Made by a program: the position numbers and the translations under genes. Under the pieces are notes generated by a model. The model saw only the letters and a list, made by a program, of their open reading frames with translations, was not told the origin of the DNA and did no database searches. From an uncultured Chloroflexia bacterium (GTDB taxonomy: Bacteria > Chloroflexota > Limnocylindria > Limnocylindrales > CSP1-4), in the NCBI GenBank assembly GCA_963720755.1, contig CAVRGP010000002.1, forward strand, positions 384,001 to 448,000: a DNA stretch of 64,000 bases, written 5' to 3'. Positions 1-11,007 of the stretch are shown in pieces; position 1 is the stretch's first letter; each line of letters opens with the position of its first letter.

Positions 1-34
1 CGGCAGACGTGTCGCCCGTTAGGGGACTGAAACT

Positions 35-316
35 GTGCTCAAGAACTCGATGATCGTCGCTGCGCTGACCGTGGTTGGCCTGGTCGTCGGCACTGCCGTG
101 GTTTCCGCCTCGACCCACTACGCCGACCTGTGCGTTGCCGCCGCCTCGGTCATGGGCGTCGCGGGTGGCTCGTCGGGTGGGTCGGCGCTCGCCAGCACCG
201 GCTCGTCAGTGAACGTGGGTCTGTGGGTGTTGATCGGGCTCGGGGTTCTCTCGGTCGGTGCGGCACTCACCCTGGTGGGCCGCTCGGGGCGGCCGTCCTC
301 ACGGGTCAGTTCCTGA
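35..316 (+). CDS. Small secreted protein with LAXTG-type (class E sortase) cell-wall anchor
   Basis: AGGGG RBS at about 21-25; N-terminal signal-peptide-like hydrophobic stretch; Gly/Ser linker, then LASTG, a hydrophobic segment and a basic tail (GRSGRPSSRVSS). Confidence 0.6.
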   Translation: MLKNSMIVAALTVVGLVVGTAVVSASTHYADLCVAAASVMGVAGGSSGGSALASTGSSVNVGLWVLIGLGVLSVGAALTLVGRSGRPSSRVSS

Positions 317-1498
317 CCGTCTGCCGGACCCGGCCCCGCACCGTGTGACGGACGCGTCGGCCGGCCACCTGCAGTCGCGGCCAGGTCACGGCGAAACCCC
401 ACATCAGCGCCACCAAGGCGGCGCTGGTGAAGGTGTTCCGAAGCACGCCGCCCGGCTGCAGGGTGAGCAGGGCGAGTCCGAAGATCACGACGGCCTGCGC
501 ACTGTAGATGAACAGCGAGTTCCGCCCGATCGGTAGCAGAACCGGACCCAGCCAGCGGATGAACTGCGCTTCATTCCGGCGAAGTAGCACATACAGTGCC
601 CCGAACCACAGCGCCGCAATGGCGATCCCGCCGGGCTCGACACTCCACTTGTCGAACCACGGATTGATCGTCTGCGCCCAGATGGGCAGGGTGAATCGCA
701 ATTCCAGCAACCATGGTTCGTCGATGTCGGCGTAGGTGGTCATTGCCCAGGAACCGAAGGTCAGAGTGGCGCTGATCAGCACCGTGGTTCCGGCAACCAC
801 ATACAACAGCGCTTCCAGTGCGCGGGCCGTCCGGGTGGGGAGTTGCCGCGCCCAGGCCTCCAAGGGGCGGAGGTGATACCCCACCACCAGGGCCATAAAG
901 AAGTAGATCTGCCAGGCGAGGAAGAAGTTGGTCCCCCGAACAAGCCAGACGATCGCCGAAATCGACCAGGACAACAATGGCGAGCCTGTAGCGCAGTGTC
1001 AGGAGTGAAAGCGGCGCCACTGCCACGAACACCGCGTAGGCGATCAGGAAATCCGCCCACCCGTAGTTGTAGTGCAGCGTCAGCGTGAGCTGCAGGAGGT
1101 CCCAGGGTGACGATTCCGTGTCCAGGCCCGGTTTGACACCGGGGTTGCCGGCTGACGCCCGACCCCAGATGGTGAACAGCAGGGCCAGGGTGACCGAGCA
1201 GGCGTACAGCGTCGCGGCGCGCGCCAGGAGCTTGATCGACGCCGGTCCGATGCCCCTCGACCTGCACCTGACGGCCTCGGATATAGCCGACGAGCAGCCC
1301 GGAGATGATGAAGAAGCCTTCGGCCGCCGAGGCCCACAGCTGCCCGCGGCCGGTCACCGGCCCGAACAGGCTCGGGAAGTGGTTGACGTGATCGACGACG
1401 ATGACCAGCAGGAAATAGCCCCGCAGTAGGTCGAATGTCTCGATGCGACTCTCTCTCGGTGGCTTCCCGAGATTCGCACCCATCGATTCATCGACCAT
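306..1498 (-). CDS. OpgC-domain membrane acyltransferase-like protein (frameshift near 970)
   Basis: N-terminal part has DLLRG and SAAEGFFIISG motifs (ORF 776..1498); it continues through other frames to AWQIYF and IGRNSLFIY (ORF 306..977); multi-TM. Confidence 0.75.
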
Positions 1499-1683
1499 GC
1501 ATCGAACTCCTATGACCCGGTATCGACCTGGCGTGTGCTCCAGGCGATGGTTTACCTCAACCGAGAAGTAGTTGAATGATCATCTTATCAGCGTGCTGTC
1601 ACGGCCCTTTCGAGGCGCTGGAGCCTGGCTCGAACGTCACGCAGCTGCGGGTCGCAGCCGTCCGCGGGACTGCGGGAGGGCAC

Positions 1684-1705
1684 TGTCGGTGTCGACCCGC
1701 ACAAT
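1684..1705 (+). promoter_or_regulatory. PafBC-type (RecA-NDp) DNA-damage promoter of lhr
   Basis: TGTCGG-N10-CACAAT, 6 nt before GTG start at 1712 (leaderless geometry). Confidence 0.65.
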
Positions 1706-1711
1706 GGCCGG

Positions 1712-4700
1712 GTGAGTGAGAAGCGCGGCACGGGCGGGTCCGGGGACGTCGGCGACCCGGCCGCGGCGCTGCGCCGGTTCGACCCGCTGGTGCGGGACTG
1801 GTTTACCGCGTGCCTTCGCCGCGCCGACCGCGGCCCAGGCCGGCGCGTGGGACGCGATCGGCAACGGCGATCACACACTGGTGGTCGCGCCCGACCGGGT
1901 CCGGCAAGACGTTGGCGGCGTTCCTGTCGTCCATCAATGACCTGGTGGCGCGCGGGTTGGCCGGTGAATCGGCCGGGAACGCCGGCGAGCGACTGCACCG
2001 TGCTCTACCTCTCGCCGCTCAAGGCGCTGGCCGTCGACGTCGAACGGAACCTGCGGTCGCCGCTCACCGGGATCGGTGCGGTTGCCGCCCGGCATGGCGT
2101 GTCGCTGCCGGAGATCACCGTGGCGCTCCGGTCCGGGGACACCCCGGCCGGGGATCGACGGGCCTTCGCGCGCGATGGCGCGGACATCCTGATCACCACG
2201 CCGGAGTCGCTGTTCCTGTTGTTGACCAGCCGGGCCCGGGAGATGTTGGCCAACGTCCGGACGGTGATCATCGATGAGGTGCACGCGGTGGCCGGCACCA
2301 AACGTGGCGCCCATCTGGCGGTCTCGCTGGATCGGCTGGACGTGCTGCTGGACCGCCCGGCACAGCGGATCGGCCTGTCGGCCACCGTCCGTCCGGTGCA
2401 GGAGGTGGCCAGGTTCCTGACGGGCGGCCGCCCGGTCCGGGTGGTCCAGCCGCCCTCCACCAAGCAGATCGACGTCGACGTGGTGGTACCCGTGCCCGAC
2501 ATGAGCGCGCTGGGCGCAATGACCGACGACCTCACCGGCAAGGCCGCCGGTGAGGTCAACCGCACCTCGATCTGGCCGCACGTCGAAGAGCGGGTCGTCG
2601 ACCTGATCGAGGCGCACCACTCGACGATCGTGTTCGCCAACTCCCGCCGGCTGGCGGAACGGTTGACAGCACGGCTCAACGAGATCCACGCCGAGCGGGT
2701 GGACGCCCGGGACCTGCGAGCGGAGGCGGAGGAGGCCGGCCCGGCGGCCCAGGTGATGGCCCAATCCGGGACCGCGGCCGGCGCGCCTGCCGTGCTGGCG
2801 AAGGCGCACCACGGATCGGTGTCGCGGGAGCAGCGGGCGCTGATCGAGGACGAACTGAAGACCGGCATTCTGCCCGCGGTGGTGGCCACCTCCTCGTTGG
2901 AGCTCGGCATCGACATGGGGGCGGTCGACCTGGTCATCCAGGTGGAATCACCGCCGTCGGTGGCCAGCGGGCTGCAGCGGATCGGCCGGGCGGGGCACCA
3001 GGTCGGCGCGCCCAGCCACGGGGTGATGTTCCCGAAGTTCCGCGGCGACCTGATCTCGTCCGCGGTGGTCGCCGGCCGGATGCGGACCGGGGCGATCGAG
3101 GCGCTGTCGGTGATCGCCAATCCGCTGGACATCGCGGCGCAGCAGATCGTGGCGATCTGCGCGATGGAACCGATCACCGTGGACGAGGTGCACGACCTGC
3201 TCCGGCGATCGGCTCCGTTCGCCGCCCTGGGTCGCGGCGCGCTGGAGGCGGTGCTGGACATGCTGTCCGGACGGTATCCCAGTGAACAGTTCGCCGAGCT
3301 CCGGCCCAGGCTGACCTGGGATCGAACCACCGGCGTGCTCACCGGGAGGCCCGGGGCGCAACGGCTGGCGGTCACCTCCGGCGGAACCATTCCCGACCGG
3401 GGGCTGTTCGGGGTCTTCCTGGCGACTGCTGCAGATGCCCGGGGCAGTGCCGGTAGGAGGGTCGGCGAGTTGGACGAGGAGATGGTCTACGAGTCGCGGG
3501 TCGGCGATGTCTTCGCGCTCGGGTCCAGCTCCTGGCGGATCATGGACATCACCCGGGACCAGGTGCTGGTGGTCCCCGCTCCCGGACTGCCCGGGCGGCT
3601 GCCGTTCTGGAAGGGCGACACCCTGGGTCGGCCGGCCGAACTGGGCCGGGCGCACGGCGAGTTCATCCGCGAGATCACCTCCACGCTGGGCGAGGTGGCC
3701 GACCGCCGGCTGGCCGAATCCGGGCTGGACGAGTGGGCCCGTCGCAACCTGGTCGACTATCTGATCGAACAGCAGGCCGCCACCGGGGTGGTGCCGGACG
3801 AAAAGACCCTGGTGGTGGAGCGGTTCCGGGACGAGCTGGGAGATTGGCGGATCGTGCTGCACTCGCCGTACGGCGCCGCGGTGCACGCGCCCTGGGCGTT
3901 GGTGATCGCCGCCCGGATGCGGGAACGGTATGGCGTCGATGTCTCGGCGATGCACGCCGACGACGGCATCGTGCTACGGCTGCCCGACGTCGAGTACGAG
4001 GACGGGCCACCGGATTTCACCGAGTTCCTGCTGCTGGACCCGCAGACCCTGGAGGCGGAGGTGACCGCCGAGATCGGCGGGGCGGCCATCTTCGCGGCGC
4101 GTTTCCGGGAATGCGCTGCCCGGGCGCTTTTGCTGCCACGCCGGCAGATCGGCAAACGTCAGCCGCTGTGGCAGCAGCGCCAGCGGGCCACCCAGCTGTT
4201 GGAGGTCGCCGCCGAGTATCCCTCGTTCCCGATCATCGCCGAGGCGGTCCGGGAGTGCCTGTCCGATGTCTTCGATGTTCCAGCGCTGGTCACCCTGATG
4301 CGCGAATTGCAGGCCAGGACGGTGCGAATCGCCGAGGTGACCACCCCTTCACCGTCGCCGTTTGCCTCCTCCTTGCTGTTCGGCTATGTCGCCCAGTTCC
4401 TCTACGAGGGTGATTCGCCGCTGGCCGAACGACGGGCGGCAGCGTTGACCGTCGACCCGACGCTGCTGGCGGAGTTGCTCGGGCACGGCGACGGCCTGGC
4501 GCTGCGGGACCTGCTCGATCCCACCGCGATGGCCGACATCGAGTCCGAGCTGCAGCGCCTCGCGGTCGACAGGCAGGCCAGGTCGGTGGACGAGATCGCC
4601 GACCTGTTGCGGATTCTCGGTCCCTTGACGACGACCGAGATCGATCTCCGCAGCTCGGTACCGGACGTGGCCGCTGCGCTGGCGGCACTCGCTGCCGGAC

Positions 4701-6677
4701 GACGGTTGATCGAGGTGCGGATCGGCGGTGAGGTGTATTGGGCCGATCCGACCGACGCGGCGATCCTGCGGGATGCCCTGGGTACTGCGCTGCCACCGGG
4801 TATCGCCGAATCACTGCTGACGGGGGTCGACGACCCGCTGGGGCGGCTGCTCGGCCGGTACGCGCGCACCCATGGACCGTTCACCGCCGCCGAGCCGGCG
4901 GCCAGGTTCGGGCTCGGGGTGGCGGTGGTCACCGACGGACTCCGCAGGCTGGCCGGGTCGGGCCGGTTGGCCGAGGGCGAGTTCCGGCCGCTCGGATCGC
5001 TCGAGCATCGAGGTGAATCCGGCGGCGGGTCGGAGTTCGTCGACGCCGAAGTGCTCAGGCTGCTCCGGCGCCGGTCGTTGGCTGCGCTCCGCGCCGAGGT
5101 CGAGCCCGTCGAAAAGCAATCCCTGGCAAGGTTTCTGCCGGCCTGGAACGGCATCGGAGTGCGCCGCGGCGCGGATGCCCTGCGCGGCACCGACGGGCTG
5201 CTGCGGGCGGTGGAACAGCTCGCGGGCGCGGTCGTTCCGGCCTCCGCGCTGGAATCGCTGATCCTGCCGGCCCGCATCACGGGCTACAGCCCGGCGATGC
5301 TCGACGAGTTGACCACTGCCGGTGACGTGCTGTGGACAGGTCACGGCTCGCTGGCCGGGGACGACGGCTGGGTCGCGCTGCACCTGACCGACACCGCCGC
5401 ATTGACGATCCCGCTGCCCGCGGCGGACGCGACCATACCGTCGGACCCGGTACACCGGGCCATCCTGGAGATACTGGGCGGCGGCGGGGCCTTCTTCTTC
5501 CGGCCGCTGGTGGACGCGGTCGTCACGCTCGTCGGTGCGGAGCATGCCGGTGACGACGGGCACCCGACCGGTCGACCGAAACCGGCGCTGGACGACGCCG
5601 TGGTGATCGACGCGCTGTGGGACCTGGTGTTCGCCGGCCTGGTCGAGCAGCGACACCCTGGCGCCGCTGCGGGCCCGGCTGCTCGGTGGTCGGTCCACCC
5701 ACAAGTCCCGGGCTCCGGTGCCGCGGGCCCGCCTGCGCGGCAGTTCCGGGCTGGCGATGCTCTCCGCGGGTCGCGGTCGGGGACGTGTTCCGGTCGACGG
5801 TGCCGGCCGGCGCCCGGTGCCGCCGTCGGTGGCCGGTCGTTGGTCACTGGTACCCGATGTCGAGACAGACGCCACCGTCCGGACCCATGCGGCGGCGGAG
5901 GTGCTGCTGGACCGACACGGCATCGTCACCAGGGGTGCGGTGGTGGGCGAGGGGACGGTGGGCGGGTTCGCCGCGGTATACCGGGTGCTGGCCGCGTTGG
6001 AGGAGACCGGCCGGATCCGCCGCGGGTACTTCATCGAGGGGTTGGGTGCGGCGCAGTTCGCGTCCGCCGGCGCCATCGATCGGGTCCGTGCCTTCGCGAC
6101 CCGACCGGACGAGGCCGCTCCCGCCGCGGTCGGTCTGGTGCTGGCCGCGTCCGACCCGGCGAATCCCTACGGTGCGGCCCTGCCGTGGCCGGGGTCGGCA
6201 GGCGGAGGCGAGGTGGAATCGTCCAGAGTCGGCCGGGATGGCGGAGGGTCGGTCGGCGGCGCCACGGATGGCTCGGGACGGCATGCGCCGCTGTCGGACT
6301 CGCGGCCTCCGGGTGCACTCGAGTCGGCCCCGCCCAAGGGCCAGTCGCCGAAGTCCGGGTCAACCGCCGGGGGTGACCGGCACCGGCCGGCCCGGCGCGC
6401 GGGCGCGGTCACGGTGCTCGTCGACGGCGCCGCCGTCCTGTTCGCCGAACGGGGGGGCCGATCACTGCTGGCCTTCACCAGCGACCCGCTCGCGCTCGCC
6501 GCCGCGGCCGAAGCACTGGCCGAGCGGGTCCGGTCCGGCCGGATCGGGTCGATGACCATCACCAAGATCGACGGTGTCGACGCGCTGTCGGCGGGCGGCG
6601 CGGTGGTCGACACCCTGACGGCCGCGGGCTTCACCATGACCCCACGAGGCCTGCGGCTGCGGAGCTCCGCGCGATGA
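1712..6677 (+). CDS. lhr: Lhr family ATP-dependent DEAD/H helicase, long form (several frameshifts)
   Basis: PTGSGKT Walker A (alternate frame), SPLKAL, DEVH, HHGS, ATSSLELGID, QRIGRAGH; C-terminal RGYFIEGLGAAQF and DPANPYG. Frameshifts at about 1810-1995 (three) and about 5645. Confidence 0.92.
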
Positions 6678-6744
6678 CGGCAACGACTGCGGACCGGGAG
6701 GGGCAGGTGGATCGCAGAGTTCGACGGGGTCGCAGGTCTGGACG

Positions 6745-6812
6745 GGGACGCGGTGTTGGGCTGGGACGCGGTGTTGCGAGCTGGGACGCGGTGTTGGACC
6801 GGGACGCGGTGT
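6745..6812 (+). repeat. Four tandem copies of GGGACGCGGTGT (period 18-20 bp) between lhr and nei
   Basis: Copies start at 6745, 6763, 6783 and 6801. Confidence 0.85.
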
Positions 6813-6841
6813 CTGGCGTTGCCACGTGCGGGCGGTGGACC

Positions 6842-7777
6842 GTGCCCGAGGGTGACACCGTGCTGCGCACGGCGCGGCGGCTGGATCAGGCGTTGGCCGG
6901 TCGCCCGCTGGTGCGGGCGGAGCTGCGGTGGCCGAGCCTGGGGCAGGCTGACCTGACCGGTCGCACGGTCACCGGGGTGGTCGCCTACGGCAAGCACATT
7001 CTCACCAGGATCGCGGCCGCCGAACCGGATGCACCGGGCCCGCGGATCCCGACCGTCCCGGCCGAACCGTTGACCCTGCATTCGCACCTGCGGATGGAAG
7101 GCGGGTGGTACGTGCACGCGCGGGATGCCCAGCCGTGGCCGTCGCCGAACCGGGGCAGTGTCCGGGCCGTGCTGGGCGGCGCGGAGTGGACGGCGGTGGG
7201 GACCTGGCTGGGCTTACTGGACCTGGTCCCGACTGTCGCCGAACGGGACCTCATCGGGCATCTCGGTCCCGACATCATGGCCGATGGCTTCGCGAACGAG
7301 GGGGCGGCGGAGGCGATCCGGCGGCTGACGGTCGACCCGGCGCGGGAGGTTGGCGCGGCGCTGCTCGACCAGACCACGGTGGCCGGTATCGGCACCATGT
7401 ACATGGCGGAGTCGCTGTTCGTGCAGAAGACATCCCCCTGGGCGCCCGTCGCGGAGGTCGACCTCGCCGCGCTGCTGGCGACTGCACGGCGGCAACTTCT
7501 CCGCGGTGCAACACAGGCCTCGCCGATCACCACCGGCAACCCCCGCCGCGGCCTGGACACCTGGGTGCACGGCCGGTCGGGTCACCCGTGTCAGCGGTGT
7601 GGCACCACGGTACGGGTGGCCATGATCGGCCCGCCGCTCAAGGAGCGGACCGCCTTCTACTGCCCCCGCTGCCAACCCGGCCCGACCCCCACCGACAACG
7701 GGAAACCGCAGAACCCGCTCGGCACGACCCCGCCGGCGCGGTACAACCGGCGCGGCAGCGGTGACCGGCGGCGGTGA
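6842..7777 (+). CDS. nei: Fpg/Nei family DNA glycosylase/AP lyase
   Basis: N-terminal (M)PEGDT catalytic motif, GKH, HLRMEG, H2TH LLDQ..AGIG, C-terminal zinc finger CQRC...CPRCQ; lhr-nei synteny. Confidence 0.92.
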   Translation: MPEGDTVLRTARRLDQALAGRPLVRAELRWPSLGQADLTGRTVTGVVAYGKHILTRIAAAEPDAPGPRIPTVPAEPLTLHSHLRMEGGWYVHARDAQPWPSPNRGSVRAVLGGAEWTAVGTWLGLLDLVPTVAERDLIGHLGPDIMADGFANEGAAEAIRRLTVDPAREVGAALLDQTTVAGIGTMYMAESLFVQKTSPWAPVAEVDLAALLATARRQLLRGATQASPITTGNPRRGLDTWVHGRSGHPCQRCGTTVRVAMIGPPLKERTAFYCPRCQPGPTPTDNGKPQNPLGTTPPARYNRRGSGDRRR

Positions 7778-7858
7778 CCGTCCGGAGCATCAGCGAAGAG
7801 TTGCTCGGACCGGCCCAGGCACAGGGTCGGCTCCCGCGTCGCCGGGTTCGGCGCGATC

Positions 7859-9151
7859 TCAGATCGGCGTCACCGCCGCCCGTTCCGGATTGCCCGTTTT
7901 GGCCTTCGCGACCCGCACCCGCTGCCGGTCCAGGTAGTCCATCACCGGCGCTGCGGTGACGCCGTGGATCAGCACGGAGCCGATCACCACCAGGCAGATG
8001 ATCCGCCACAGCGCGTCCTGCTCGGGGAAGTTGCCGTGGGTGATCGCGTAAGCGATGTAGAACAACGAACCGATGCCGCGGACGCCGAAGAACGCGATGA
8101 CCCGGCGTTCGCGAGGCCCGGTTTTGCCGCGGGCCAGCCCGATCAGCCCCGAAACGGGTCGGACGACCAGGATCAGCAGCAGGACGACCAACACCTCCTG
8201 CCAGCGCAAGCCATTGAGCACGCCGGACACCGCGGCCCCGCCGAGCAGGATGAGGATCGCGACGGTGAGCAGCCGTTCCAACTGCTCCACATACTGGTGC
8301 ATGACCTGGTGGTAGGTGTGCGCTCGCTCGCCGGCCCGGATCGTGCAGGCGCACACGAACACCGCGACGAAGCCGTAGCCGTTGATCAACTCGGTGAAGC
8401 CGTACGTCAGGAAGGTCGCGGCCAATGCGACGAAACCCCCAGTGCTGCGCCCCAGGCGCAGCCGTCGTGACAATGCGCCGAAGATCAGCGTGCGCAGCAG
8501 CCAACCGACCGCAAGCCCGGCCAGCACGCCCGCCGCCAGTCGCCACACCACGTCCAGGGCCAGCCACTGCAGGAACCAGTCCGACGGGGCCGGCCCGACC
8601 AGGCTGATGGCGATCGCCGCGTAGACGAAAGGAAACGCCAGGCCGTCGTTCAGGCCGGCCTCAGAGGTCAACGCCTGGCGGGCCTCGTCGTCGACCTGGT
8701 CGGGCCCTTCGGTGGGTTCGGCGACCTGCACCTCGGTGGCCAACACCGGGTCGGTGGGAGCAACGGCGGCGGCCAGCAGAGCCGCGGCTGCGACGCCGAA
8801 ACCCAACAGGGCAGAGCCGAGCAGGCCGGCAGCGAGCATGGTCAGCGGCATGGCAATGCTCAGGAGCCGCCAGGTCGTCGACCAGCGCCGCCAACCGATG
8901 GGCCGGTTCAGGGCCAAGCCGGCCCCCATCAGCGAGATGATCACGCACACCTCGGTCAGGTGCAGAGTGAATTCGAGATGCTGACGGGGATCGGGGTCCG
9001 GCAGCGGGCCGATCACACTGAACGCCAGCGCTCCCGCGGCAAGAAAGATCATCGGCAGCGAAATCGGGGCGTGCCGGAGCAATCGGGGCAGCAACGCCGC
9101 CAGCAGGGTGGTGACCCCGATGGCAGCGAAGATCAGCGCGGGTTTGTCCAT
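7859..9151 (-). CDS. Cation:proton antiporter (CPA1/NhaP-like)
   Basis: APTDPVLA and EAGLNDG motifs, FFGVRGIGS, multi-TM. Confidence 0.88.
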   Translation of the reverse strand: MDKPALIFAAIGVTTLLAALLPRLLRHAPISLPMIFLAAGALAFSVIGPLPDPDPRQHLEFTLHLTEVCVIISLMGAGLALNRPIGWRRWSTTWRLLSIAMPLTMLAAGLLGSALLGFGVAAAALLAAAVAPTDPVLATEVQVAEPTEGPDQVDDEARQALTSEAGLNDGLAFPFVYAAIAISLVGPAPSDWFLQWLALDVVWRLAAGVLAGLAVGWLLRTLIFGALSRRLRLGRSTGGFVALAATFLTYGFTELINGYGFVAVFVCACTIRAGERAHTYHQVMHQYVEQLERLLTVAILILLGGAAVSGVLNGLRWQEVLVVLLLILVVRPVSGLIGLARGKTGPRERRVIAFFGVRGIGSLFYIAYAITHGNFPEQDALWRIICLVVIGSVLIHGVTAAPVMDYLDRQRVRVAKAKTGNPERAAVTPI

Positions 9152-9401
9152 CAGTGCGTACCGGGCGGTGTGGTGCGGCCGCCGGCGGGGATGCACAACC
9201 GGGTCCGGGACCGGGCAAGCGAGCTGAGCAAACCGGCATGATCACGGCAGGGCAGAACATTCATGATCGGGTAGTACCCAGCGGCCGTCCCGGCGCCGCG
9301 TTATCGGCTGTCAGCGCAATTCTGCCCAGCCCCGCGGCTGAGCCGGCCTGCTGATCGACTTCGCGGGCGGCGTTGTCGCAACCGGCACCCCGCGCTGCCG
9401 G

Positions 9402-9575
9402 TCAGGCGGGGACGGCGGGCACATTGCCCGGGTCGTCAGGTCCGGGCATCGGTTCGATCGGCGCGGGCGGCAGGGTCTCGGGAGTGTCCGGCAGCAGTTC
9501 GCCGGGGTCGTCGGGGACCGGCTCGGCGGGGTCGATCGGCGGGTAGTTGTCCGGGTCCGGCCCTGGTTGCACCAT
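9402..9575 (-). CDS. Small Pro/Asp-rich protein (57 aa), not in the ORF track
   Basis: Translates as MVQPGPDPDNYPPIDPAEPVPDDPGELLPDTPETLPPAPIEPMPGPDDPGNVPAVPA; GGAGG immediately upstream; GC-rich third codon positions. Confidence 0.55.
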   Translation of the reverse strand: MVQPGPDPDNYPPIDPAEPVPDDPGELLPDTPETLPPAPIEPMPGPDDPGNVPAVPA

Positions 9576-9874
9576 GCCTCCACTACTACCGTGCCCGGGT
9601 CGCCATCGCTACGGCGGCCCCCGCTTGGCGCGTGCAGGAGCCTCGTCCGACGACGTCGTGAGGCGCCCCTGTCACGACCGGCGCTGTCCTTGGCGCATTT
9701 GCTCCGGGGGTTGTTGGTTCCGGCCGGAGCGTGCCCAGCGCCGCGGTGATCACCGGTCAGCGGCGGGGCCTGCCAGGACCGATGATGTTCGGGCGACGCC
9801 CGCCTCGCGTTTCACCACTGGGGGCTGCTGCGCTGTCACATCAAGCGATGAACTGTCACGTCAGGGGGATGCTC

Positions 9875-10909
9875 ATGGGGTTCGCGCGCTGGTTCCGGTT
9901 GAGCGTCGGCTTGTTGCTCGTGGTGGTTCCACTCTGGGTGCTGTTCAGCCAGCTGGATGCCATCTGGAACGGTCACCCCGCCTACCCGACGACGCTGTTG
10001 GTGACGGTCGCCGCCGGCCTGACCATCGCCGCGCTCGCCTTGTGGCCGTGGCGCCGGGACCCGGAACCGGACGGCCCGCCATGGGAAGCGGACCTGGACG
10101 GGGATGAACGGATCGGGCTGTTCGCCGGACCGGCCCACCCGCCTGCCCGCAAGGGCGCTGGTTGGCGGATCGTCGGCCGGATCGTCGCCGGCATCGTCAC
10201 GGTGGTCTGGCTCGGCATTCTGGTGTGGCTGCAACCGTTCCCGGCTGGTCCGACCGCGCTGGCGGCGCTGACCAGCGACGCGATCGTCACTGTCACCGAC
10301 CGTCCCACCAGCATCGAACTGGCACCGGTCGCGGCGAAGGAACCGTCGGTCGGGCTGGTGTTCTCACCCGGCGCCAGGGTCGATGCCCGCGCGTCGGCCG
10401 CAGTCCTCCGGCCGGTGGCCGAGGCCGGCTACCTGGTCGTCATCCTGAAGGAGCCTTTCGGCTTGGCCATCACCCAGATCGGCCAATCAGCCGGCCCCAT
10501 CGCCGACCATCCCGAGATCCGGAGTTGGGCGGTCGGTGGCCATTCGCTGGGCGGCGTCAGTGCGGCCTGGTTCGCGGCCGACAACCTCGACACCGTGTCG
10601 GGGTTGCTGCTGTACGCCTCGTTCCCGAACGACGATATGTCCGGTGACGTCGGCCTGCAGGTGGCGTCCATCTTCGGCAGCAACGACGGCCTGGCGACCC
10701 CCGCCGACATCGAGAGATCGAAGGCGTTGCTGCCGCCGGACACCGTGTTCACCGAAATCGACGGGGGAGTGCACGCCTTCTTCGCCGACTACGGGGCGCA
10801 ACCCGGTGATGGGGAGCCCGGAGTCGACCGGGCCACCGCGACGGCGCAGATCTCCGCGGCCAGCATCGCTTTCATGGACCGGTTGTCAGCCGCGGGAACC
10901 GGGCCGTGA
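9875..10909 (+). CDS. Membrane-anchored alpha/beta hydrolase
   Basis: Three N-terminal TM segments, PGARVD, GHSLGG nucleophile elbow, NDGL, GGVHAFF. Confidence 0.85.
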   Translation: MGFARWFRLSVGLLLVVVPLWVLFSQLDAIWNGHPAYPTTLLVTVAAGLTIAALALWPWRRDPEPDGPPWEADLDGDERIGLFAGPAHPPARKGAGWRIVGRIVAGIVTVVWLGILVWLQPFPAGPTALAALTSDAIVTVTDRPTSIELAPVAAKEPSVGLVFSPGARVDARASAAVLRPVAEAGYLVVILKEPFGLAITQIGQSAGPIADHPEIRSWAVGGHSLGGVSAAWFAADNLDTVSGLLLYASFPNDDMSGDVGLQVASIFGSNDGLATPADIERSKALLPPDTVFTEIDGGVHAFFADYGAQPGDGEPGVDRATATAQISAASIAFMDRLSAAGTGP

Positions 10910-11007
10910 CGTCACGGCGGCCGGGGTCCCGGACGCCGACTGCACGGTACGCCGACGATGCCGCAGCCTCAGCGGTTCTCGTCAGGATCGTCGCTGGCGC
11001 AGGGTGA

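Noticed and set aside
1810-1995. Programmed frameshifting in lhr
   Set aside because: Three compensating indels lie within 200 bp with no slippery motif noticed; sequencing error is more likely.
6674-6841. N-terminal extension of Nei
   Set aside because: Fpg/Nei enzymes need Pro at position 2, so the start is GTG 6842; the upstream part is translated repeat.
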